DNA of 48,604 nucleotides, taken from contig DFRR01000005.1 in assembly GCA_002378745.1 (NCBI GenBank), positions 43,581 to 92,184 on the forward strand. The letters are read 5' to 3'. Position numbers and translations under genes: made by a program. The stretch comes from Patescibacteria group bacterium UBA3458 (GTDB lineage Bacteria; Patescibacteriota; Minisyncoccia; Phycocordibacterales; UBA2100). This document shows, piece after piece, positions 42,293 to 48,604 of this stretch (its first letter is position 1; each line of letters opens with the position of its first letter). Under the pieces are notes generated by a model, which was not told the DNA's origin, did no database searches, and worked only from the letters and a program-made list of their open reading frames with translations.

Positions 42293-43069
42293 ATGATAAA
42301 AGAATCAGAAAAAAAGTCAAGACCGTTGGTATCTATTATAATGACTACCTACAACCGCGCTCATTTCATACGTGAGGCTATAGAGAGCGTGCTACAGCAG
42401 ACATACCAGAACTGGGAACTTTTGATTTTGGACGACGCTTCTACTGACGATACGGAACATGTTATAGACTCCTTTGTCACTGGTGATTCTCGTATACAAT
42501 ACCTCCCCACCCCACAAAATCTTGGTATTACTAAAAATCGCAACCGTGGATTGCGCGAGGCGCACGGTGAATACATTGCGATACTTGATAGCGACGACGT
42601 ATGGTGCGATGCAACCAAACTGGAGCGTCAGGTTTCATATCTTGAATCACACCCTGACGCACTACTCGTCGGCACACAAGTGAAGGTAATTGACGAAAAC
42701 GGTGCACAAGTCGGTGCTCTTGCATACAAAATTGCTGACGCGGACATTCGCAAAACCATTCTGCTGCGTAACGAGTTCGCGCACTCAAGTATCGTTTTCC
42801 GTATGTGCCCGGGTGTGCACTATGACGAAACTGTTCCCATCTGGGAGGACTATGAACTTATTCTCAATCTCGGTACCCGCGGCGCGCTCGCCAACCTCAC
42901 TGAGACTATGACGGCATATCGAAAACACTCCGGAAATATTTCAAAAGAGGATGCACTCCGTGGCGGTCGCACCCACCTTGCCATTGTACACAAATACAAA
43001 GATAGTTATCCAAACTACTACCCAGCGGTGGTAAAAGGCTACCTACGTATTCTGAAAGCGTACTTCTAG
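42293..43069 (+). CDS. Glycosyltransferase family 2
   Basis: LVSIIMTTYNRAHFIREAIESVLQQTYQNWELLILDDASTDDT... and ILDSDD. ATG 42293 is preferred over the TTG at 42242. Confidence 0.85.
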   Translation: MIKESEKKSRPLVSIIMTTYNRAHFIREAIESVLQQTYQNWELLILDDASTDDTEHVIDSFVTGDSRIQYLPTPQNLGITKNRNRGLREAHGEYIAILDSDDVWCDATKLERQVSYLESHPDALLVGTQVKVIDENGAQVGALAYKIADADIRKTILLRNEFAHSSIVFRMCPGVHYDETVPIWEDYELILNLGTRGALANLTETMTAYRKHSGNISKEDALRGGRTHLAIVHKYKDSYPNYYPAVVKGYLRILKAYF

Positions 43070-44241
43070 TGGCTCGGCATCTTTGTGACATTGGCATAAT
43101 ACAGCCGGCGGTATGCCTTTGTGGTTGCGCCGATGTGAAAAGTAAGTGAGCGTTCTTGATTCGCTTCGGCAAGCTTTGAGCGTTCGCTCTCGTTGTTCAT
43201 GAGAAACTTGAGACGCTCTTGAAAGGCTCCTTGGTCTCCCGCAGGATACACCTGTAGATCGGTGTATGGCAGCTGCTCACGCGCGCCACCGACGTCGGAT
43301 GCGAGTATAGGTATTCCAGCAGAGAGAGCCTCCAATATGGCTATAGAGAAGCCCTCGTAGCGTGAAGGCAGAACGAATAGATCAAAAGCCTTGAGGAAAG
43401 ACGCCGCCAGCGGCATCTCCCCCACTAACGTGAACCGATTTCGCACTTTTTGTGCGCGTATATACTGTTCTAACTTAGACCGCAGCGGGCCCTCCCCGAT
43501 GACACAGGCCTGTATACTTGGATTCTCGCTCTGCAGTAATGCAACTTGCTGAATAAGGAATTCGTAGTTTTTCGCCATATCAAGCCGTCCGATTGAGCCA
43601 ATAAGGAACGCGCTCTCCAATATCTCTACTTCTGCTAGTTGTGCAAGTTTTCTACGTGCTGTTGTCCTATCGAGAAAGTGTAGCTCATCGGTGCGAAGTC
43701 CGTTATGTATCACTGTAGTGGTGGTTTTTGTTAGGCGCATCTTTTTTGCAGCTTCTGCATTTGTATTACTTACAAACACCACATTGTCGACAAAACGCAA
43801 TAATGTCCGCATGACGTGTGTATACACGATTCTTACCATCGAAGAAATATCCACGCCCTCATCGAGAAACGAAAGGCCGTGTACCGTGAACACTGTTTTT
43901 GGCTTTGCCCGAGAGAGCTTTGCGCTGAGTGTTGCTACCAGCGCGTTTGAGCTGTGCATGTGGATGATATCGTATTGTTCTGAGTCGAAATAGCGTTTCA
44001 TCTCCCAGAGTGCGGAGAGATTTTTGAATGGGTTCATGCTGCGACGGAGCGCTGTGAGTCGATGTGTGCGAATACCTGCCTTGGTGCATTCTGTTTCGAG
44101 GTAGTCACCGTCGCCGAAGGCGACGGTGACTTTCTCCCCTGCTTCGTGCAAACCCTTAGCGAGATTGAGTACTACGGCTTGTGCACCACCGACAGTGCCG
44201 CGCGTTACTACGAGTAGGATATTTCTAGTTTTTTGCTCCAT
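43066..44241 (-). CDS. Glycosyltransferase family 4
   Basis: 391 aa. ILLVVTRGTVGGAQAVVLNLAKGL and LFVLPSRYEGFSIAILEALSAGIPILASDVGG (E-x7-E). Confidence 0.85.
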   Translation of the reverse strand: MEQKTRNILLVVTRGTVGGAQAVVLNLAKGLHEAGEKVTVAFGDGDYLETECTKAGIRTHRLTALRRSMNPFKNLSALWEMKRYFDSEQYDIIHMHSSNALVATLSAKLSRAKPKTVFTVHGLSFLDEGVDISSMVRIVYTHVMRTLLRFVDNVVFVSNTNAEAAKKMRLTKTTTTVIHNGLRTDELHFLDRTTARRKLAQLAEVEILESAFLIGSIGRLDMAKNYEFLIQQVALLQSENPSIQACVIGEGPLRSKLEQYIRAQKVRNRFTLVGEMPLAASFLKAFDLFVLPSRYEGFSIAILEALSAGIPILASDVGGAREQLPYTDLQVYPAGDQGAFQERLKFLMNNESERSKLAEANQERSLTFHIGATTKAYRRLYYANVTKMPSH

Positions 44242-45187
44242 AGGTTTCGAGTGTTGACGTTACCATGTCGGCAAGCGTATGCGTTGCTCTCCATGCGCTT
44301 GCGGTATGCATCTTTTCTACATCGGCAATCGCTGTGCCCGCATCACCCGCTCGTCGTGGTTGTACAACATACGGTACATCGTACCCCAGCGCTGCTGCAA
44401 ACGCCTTGATGACTTCCAGTACCGAGTGCCCCTGATTCATACCAAGGTTGAATGTGCCGTGCAGTGGCTCGTTAATGCTGTGAACGTGCGCTTCAACAAT
44501 ATCGTTGATATGTATGTAGTCACGTACCCCGGTGCCATCTGTGGTCTCATAATCGTCTCCAAACACCGTAGCTCCTCTGCCCTCGCGCACTGCCTGCGCG
44601 ATGAGCGGAAATAGATTTGCTGCTTTTTCTTCTTTGAACCGCAGCCCTGCGTCACCCGCAACATTAAAATATCTAAATATCGTCGCTGTAGTGAGCTTTT
44701 GTGTGCGCACACATTCATTAATAAGCATTTCTGCAATGAGCTTGGTGGTTCCGTACACACTGAGTGGTTCCATTGCATCTTCTTCGGAATATACCCCTGT
44801 CGCGTGTGGTTGGTACACCGCAGCAGTCGAAGAGAATATAAGGTGCGGTACGTCATGTTTTGCAACCGCTTCCAGAACATTAATGGTTCCTACCACATTT
44901 ATGCTGAAGTATTTCTCTGGATTGTGTTCACCCTCTTCTACTGACTTCCCTGCTGCAAGATGAATAACGACATTCGGCACACTCTGTGCAAAAGCAGTAT
45001 CGAGCGCCTGTGCATCTCGAATATCTCCTTCAATGAAAGCTGCGTCCTCCGAAACGGCATCACGTTTCCCTGAGGAAAGATTGTCGAATACCGTTACTCG
45101 ATGTCCTTCTGCACTGAGACGTGCAACGCACGCCGAGCCAATATAGCCGGCGCCACCAATGACGAGTATCTGTTTTGTTGTGGTCAT
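44225..45187 (-). CDS. galE: UDP-glucose 4-epimerase-like NAD-dependent epimerase
   Basis: ILVIGGAGYIGSACVARLSAEGHRVTVFDNLSSG, SVYGTTKLIAE (YxxxK) and RYFNVAG. 320 aa. Confidence 0.8.
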   Translation of the reverse strand: MTTTKQILVIGGAGYIGSACVARLSAEGHRVTVFDNLSSGKRDAVSEDAAFIEGDIRDAQALDTAFAQSVPNVVIHLAAGKSVEEGEHNPEKYFSINVVGTINVLEAVAKHDVPHLIFSSTAAVYQPHATGVYSEEDAMEPLSVYGTTKLIAEMLINECVRTQKLTTATIFRYFNVAGDAGLRFKEEKAANLFPLIAQAVREGRGATVFGDDYETTDGTGVRDYIHINDIVEAHVHSINEPLHGTFNLGMNQGHSVLEVIKAFAAALGYDVPYVVQPRRAGDAGTAIADVEKMHTASAWRATHTLADMVTSTLETYGAKN

Positions 45188-46470
45188 TTCTTTACTTCAG
45201 TGACTTCGAAGCCCTCGACGATAAGTGGCTGTTTACGCAGCAATAGCAGCGCTCCTGCTGCAAGTGTAAGTAGCGCTCCGAGCGCCAGATACCAGTATAT
45301 GTCATTTTTTGACGATTCTTTAGGCAGACTGCTTACGGCAGCTGCCGTCTGCTGAGTGGTTGTCGATACCTGCTCTACAGGTGCTGCTTCGGGCGTTTGG
45401 GGTGTGTTGGCTGATATGTCAGTGGTATTTGATCGCGGCACGCTGGTGCCAAGCACTGTGGATGCCGGTGTTTTCTGTGCTTGCGCTGAGGTTGTTGTGG
45501 TAGTAGTTGCAATGGTGGTGGTCGCTTGTGTGAGTACGTCTTCCTCGTCACTTGCTACTTCGCCCACTACGGCAATTGCATTGTCTGGGAATCGTAATGC
45601 TGCTTCTTGGGTGGCGCGAAGAAAACTGAGGCCAGTGACATCTGTGGCGAACCGAACTACTTTAAGTGGCGCAATAAACGTGTGCTCAGGAATGATGAAG
45701 TATTGCCCGTTGCTGGTAATGCGCCAACTGGAAAGATTGAGTTCGTATTCGCTTCCGTTTCCAATGGCTACCCATTCGCCGTCTTCGGCAATGGTGAGCG
45801 TTGCTACAAGCGGCACTACTGTCGCCTGTATGTGTTGCTGGTCGGTGAGCGAGCCACTTTCAAGTGTTGCGGTTACCGTATATTCGCCTTCGTATGCAAA
45901 TTGGTGACTGACTACTCTGCCCGTGCCGGCACTGCCGTCGCCAAAGCTCCACGAGACGGTGCCGCCCGTAAGGGCGGCACCGGTTGCGTCGTAACTCTCT
46001 GCGACGAACTCGGTAGATGCACCGACAGTGGTCACGATGTGCTCGGGCACGCGCAGGTATACATCTTGTGGCGGCTCAATGGTGACCGTCTCGTATTGGT
46101 ACTGGGTAATGGTATTAAACACAGTCTCCGTTGGCGTCTGCGCCTGTGTAGTTGTTGCAGCATCACTGGTATTCTGTGTTGTTTCGCCGACGGTGATGTG
46201 ATCTTTTATCTTAACGAATGTCGATTCCCAAAGTCGGTCAATCGTTGGGTGTATAATCTGCTCAATAGTAGTGAATGGACCATGTGCCTCACGATAATCG
46301 ACAATGCGTTCCGCGAGTGTCGTACCAATACCTTCCAGTTCTTTAAGTGTTTCTACATCAGCAGTATTGATATTAATGAGCGCGCCGTCACCGTGTGCTG
46401 CATGACTGAGCGCAGGCACACCGGTTGCTACAAAAACGCACAGGGTAAGCACTGTGACCACCCGGCGCAT
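45184..46470 (-). CDS. ComEA-like helix-hairpin-helix DNA receptor fused to PKD and lamin-tail domains, C-terminal TM anchor
   Basis: Signal peptide MRRVVTVLTLCVFVATGVPALSHA. HhH segment ININTADVETLKELEGIGTTLAERIVDYREAHGPFTTIEQI. PKD segment VSWSFGDGSAGTGRVVSHQFAYEGEYTVTATL. LTD-like segment GEWVAIGNGSEYELNLSSWRITSNGQYFIIPEHTFIAPLKVVRF. Thr-rich linker. TM helix IYWYLALGALLTLAAGALLLL. Confidence 0.8.
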   Translation of the reverse strand: MRRVVTVLTLCVFVATGVPALSHAAHGDGALININTADVETLKELEGIGTTLAERIVDYREAHGPFTTIEQIIHPTIDRLWESTFVKIKDHITVGETTQNTSDAATTTQAQTPTETVFNTITQYQYETVTIEPPQDVYLRVPEHIVTTVGASTEFVAESYDATGAALTGGTVSWSFGDGSAGTGRVVSHQFAYEGEYTVTATLESGSLTDQQHIQATVVPLVATLTIAEDGEWVAIGNGSEYELNLSSWRITSNGQYFIIPEHTFIAPLKVVRFATDVTGLSFLRATQEAALRFPDNAIAVVGEVASDEEDVLTQATTTIATTTTTTSAQAQKTPASTVLGTSVPRSNTTDISANTPQTPEAAPVEQVSTTTQQTAAAVSSLPKESSKNDIYWYLALGALLTLAAGALLLLRKQPLIVEGFEVTEVKK

Positions 46471-46472
46471 AC

Positions 46473-48131
46473 TTACTCGTCGGTATCGAGAAGCTTTTTA
46501 AGTACGTCGCGCGGCACTTCCCCTCTTGCGTGTTGCGCATCGCTTTCTGACTGACTCGCCTTAGTTTGTGCTGCCTCTTTCGATATCTCTACTTCCGGCT
46601 CGGTATCGACGACGGCTTTGGCTTGCTGTGTGTTTTGTATGATACCTGCGAGTGCTGCGCGTAAGTTTTCGCGGTCGTTCTTCTCAGGCGCCGAATGGTG
46701 TACGCTACCCTCTTTTTGTTCGGGTTTTGGTGCGGGGGTAGCGTCAGACGTTGCCTGCGGTTCGCCTCCTCCACCTTTTTTCTTCTTTTTCTTCTTTTTC
46801 TTTTTGTTGAGGTTTTCGAATCCGCCCGGACTTAGCAATGCATCGATGGAGCCGATACTTTTCTCAACGCTTGTGCGTGAGCGTCCGTATGTTTCTCGTG
46901 AACGCGCGATGATTTGATCTACGAAATGCACCGCCGGGTCTTCAACTGGTGGTAGTGTGGTGGCAGAAAACGGTTGCGAACCGATACCGTTTATCATGAG
47001 TGTGAGGTAAATTTGGGCGAACCCGAGGTTCACTAAGTCTTCAGCGAAGAATGTTGGTTCGAAAATGGTTTTGAGTGTTTCGGCGTCAAACGGACCAACG
47101 CGGAATGCGATGGTGGTGCCGACGTTGCCGAACACTGCCGCGCGAATGTTCTCCTCAACCTGCTCAATATATTGGTGTGCAATAGTGAGTGAGAGCTTGT
47201 ATTTACGTGCTTCTGAGAGAATGTTGGCGAACGAGTCGTTTACCACCGACTGAAACTCGTCGACGTATAAATAGAACGGTGGCAACTTTGCGATACCTTG
47301 TGCCGACTCTTCAGCACGACTCATCGCTGCAAGATAGATTTTCGTGGTGAGCATACTTCCGAGCAAATCGGCATTTTGCTCGCCCATGCGCCCTTTTGAG
47401 AGGTTGACGATGAAGATTTTACGCTCGTCCATTATTTTGCGTAAATCGAAAGTGGACTTTGGCTGTGCGATGATGTTGCGCACCAGTGGGTTGGACGCGA
47501 ACTGCCCTATCTTGTTCTGGATTGCCGGCGTTGCTTCCTGTGTGTAGCGGTCGGTGTAGCCCAAGAATTCTTCAACCCAGAAGCGCTTCACGATTGGGTC
47601 GGTGATGTACTCGATCACTTTGTTGCGAAACTCTTTGTTAACGAGCATACGGTTCACATCGATGAGGGTACTGTCGGGGTACTCAAGCAATGCAAAGAGC
47701 ACATTTTGTAAGATGTACTCCATACGTGCAGACCACGCATCTACCCAGATGCGCTGGAATGAGCTCATGAGCCCGGCCACCACGAGATGTCGCTTGTCGT
47801 AGCCGACGTCCTCCATGACGTTGAACCCTACCGGGTAGTCGACATCAAACGGTGCAAAGTATATAACGTCGTTGATGCGTGACTCGGGTACGTACTCGAG
47901 TAGCTTCTCGGCTGTGGTGCCGTGCGGGTCAATAAAACAGAGACCGTCACCGTTTTGGATATCTTGAATCGCCATGTTTTCGAGCAAGGTAGATTTACCC
48001 ATACCCGTCTTTCCGATGACGTACATGTGACGCATACGGTCGACGGCGCGAATACCGAATGGCGTCTTTTTGTTGCGTGAGTCAGTAGCCGCAAAGTACG
48101 TGACGCGTTGTGGGTCGTACTCGTATTCCAT
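46473..48131 (-). CDS. Soluble VirD4/TraG/TraD-like (T4SS coupling-protein-type) P-loop ATPase with disordered Lys/Gly-rich C-terminus
   Basis: Walker A VIGKTGMGKSTLL, DPHG, Walker B PFYLYVDEFQ, and LSLTIAHQY. No TM helix. K10-G4 tract near the C-terminus. ATG 48131 is preferred over GTG 48152 because TATACT lies 7 nt upstream. Confidence 0.8.
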   Translation of the reverse strand: MEYEYDPQRVTYFAATDSRNKKTPFGIRAVDRMRHMYVIGKTGMGKSTLLENMAIQDIQNGDGLCFIDPHGTTAEKLLEYVPESRINDVIYFAPFDVDYPVGFNVMEDVGYDKRHLVVAGLMSSFQRIWVDAWSARMEYILQNVLFALLEYPDSTLIDVNRMLVNKEFRNKVIEYITDPIVKRFWVEEFLGYTDRYTQEATPAIQNKIGQFASNPLVRNIIAQPKSTFDLRKIMDERKIFIVNLSKGRMGEQNADLLGSMLTTKIYLAAMSRAEESAQGIAKLPPFYLYVDEFQSVVNDSFANILSEARKYKLSLTIAHQYIEQVEENIRAAVFGNVGTTIAFRVGPFDAETLKTIFEPTFFAEDLVNLGFAQIYLTLMINGIGSQPFSATTLPPVEDPAVHFVDQIIARSRETYGRSRTSVEKSIGSIDALLSPGGFENLNKKKKKKKKKKGGGGEPQATSDATPAPKPEQKEGSVHHSAPEKNDRENLRAALAGIIQNTQQAKAVVDTEPEVEISKEAAQTKASQSESDAQHARGEVPRDVLKKLLDTDE

Positions 48132-48138
48132 GGTGGTA

Positions 48139-48144
48139 AGTATA
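48139..48144 (-). promoter_or_regulatory. TATACT box 7 nt upstream of ATG; a -35-like GTGACA lies 17 nt further upstream
   Basis: The minus strand reads taGTGACActatagttagtgctgggTATACTtaccaccATG. Confidence 0.45.
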
Positions 48145-48146
48145 CC

Positions 48147-48180
48147 CAGCACTAACTATAGTGTCACTAAGTTAGTGCTG
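48147..48180. promoter_or_regulatory. 11-bp perfect inverted repeat bracketing the -35 of the ATPase promoter (candidate operator)
   Basis: cagcactaact (48147-57) and agttagtgctg (48170-80), with a 12-nt loop. Confidence 0.5.
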
Positions 48181-48193
48181 GGTGAATCGTACT

Positions 48194-48227
48194 CGAGTTG
48201 GTAGTTGATAGTTTGTAGTTGATAGAA
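48194..48227 (+). repeat. TAG-ending heptad block (best copy)
   Basis: cgagttggtagttgatagtttgtagttgatagaa. After the first base there is no C for 33 nt. TTGATAG/TTTGTAG/TTGATAG have a 7-nt period, which places TAG in all three frames. Confidence 0.75.
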
Positions 48228-48240
48228 CCGGTATAGAAAT

Positions 48241-48271
48241 GTCCCCGTCGGCGCAAAGCGTCGACGGGGAC
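48241..48271. terminator. 10-bp GC-rich hairpin after the small ORF
   Basis: gtccccgtcg-(11 nt)-cgacggggac. On the minus strand it is followed by atttctatacc. Confidence 0.6.
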
Positions 48272-48277
48272 TGGGGT

Positions 48278-48463
48278 TCATCTGCTGGCGAGAATCGGCA
48301 ACAGGAAGATGAGTACGACCAGCGCAAGCCAACTGAGAGTCTGGCTTGAGACGGTAACGAAGCGACTGAACCACAGAAACATGCTTTTGAAGCCGTCTTC
48401 GGCGGTTACTTCAAGGCGTGGCGTCCTCTGTGGGATATCATCCCCTTTTCTCGACTTTCTCAA
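48278..48463 (-). CDS. Small (61 aa) basic protein with C-terminal TM helix, unknown function
   Basis: TTG start preceded by GAGGAGGAG (48467-75). TATACT-like box at 48497-48502. A terminator hairpin lies 7 nt past the stop. Hydrophobic tail SWLALVVLIFLLPILA. Confidence 0.45.
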   Translation of the reverse strand: MRKSRKGDDIPQRTPRLEVTAEDGFKSMFLWFSRFVTVSSQTLSWLALVVLIFLLPILASR

Positions 48464-48530
48464 CGTCTCCTCCTCTCTAAAGAACCTGTGTGCTACAGTA
48501 TACTCGGCACTAGCGTACCCGCCCAGTGCT

Positions 48531-48559
48531 TGAGTTGGTAGTTTGTAGTTGATAGTAAG
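48531..48559 (+). repeat. TAG-ending heptad block
   Basis: tgagttggtagtttgtagttgatagtaag is C-free and shares gagttggtag and tttgtagttgatag with the 48194 copy. Confidence 0.75.
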
Positions 48560-48572
48560 ACGAAGATGAAAT

Positions 48573-48604
48573 AAACCACCAAATTGGGCCCAATTTGGTG
48601 GTTT
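48573..48604. terminator. Perfect 32-nt palindrome (16-bp arms) at window edge
   Basis: aaaccaccaaattggg|cccaatttggtggttt. On the minus strand it is followed by atttcat. Confidence 0.55.

Noticed and set aside
1-48604. A search for tRNA, rRNA, tmRNA, transposase, integrase or phage structural genes.
   Set aside because: By eye, no intergenic segment shows tRNA-like T-arm or acceptor features or rRNA-like sequence. No ORF shows DDE, tyrosine-recombinase or serine-recombinase motifs. A covariance-model scan (tRNAscan-SE, Infernal) would be needed to exclude small RNAs formally.

Overview
The window is compact and mostly minus-strand. It uses the standard genetic code (TGA, TAA and TAG all act as stops). 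The gene content looks like a Candidate Phyla Radiation / Patescibacteria (Parcubacteria-like) genome; that assignment is inference from content, not a database hit. Five blocks are present. (1) 1-14991 is a surface-protein block. It holds one uninterrupted 10.35-kb ORF (3449 aa) with a cytoplasmic excisionase-type HTH, one TM helix and a very repetitive extracellular fibre. Upstream is a tail-anchored paralogue carrying two copies of the same HTH. Downstream are a four-helix-bundle (rRNA-IVS-family) gene bracketed by a 23-bp inverted repeat, and two secreted proteins. (2) 15072-23356 is housekeeping: gatB, obg, a TrpR-like YerC gene, a DUF360 membrane protein, an FMN reductase, mazEF, secA and an EEP-family nuclease/phosphatase. 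(3) 23398-45187 is a glycan island of about 22 kb. It holds a Wzy_C-TPR membrane protein, gmd and fcl (GDP-fucose), a Wzx flippase and a CDP-hexose branch. That branch comprises rfbF, rfbG, a His-for-Lys ColD/E1-type 3-dehydratase, a YerE-like ThDP enzyme, an SDR and a class-I aminotransferase. The island also holds GT10 and GT11 fucosyltransferases, several GT2/GT4 enzymes, a DUF268-type methyltransferase, galE and an orphan PemK/MazF-like toxin translationally coupled to the GT11 gene. (4) 45184-48131 is fused to the same minus-strand operon: a ComEA(HhH)-PKD-lamin-tail-TM protein plus a soluble VirD4/TraG-like ATPase. (5) Two non-coding patterns recur. C-free heptad blocks ending in TAG (TTGATAG/TTTGTAG/TTGGTAG) sit next to GC-rich hairpins in most longer intergenic regions. 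TATA(C/A)T boxes lie 6-9 nt upstream of ATG at several operon-first genes, suggesting leaderless mRNAs. I saw no rRNA, tRNA, CRISPR array, transposase or integrase. All family assignments come from motif recognition by eye and need HMM or structure confirmation.
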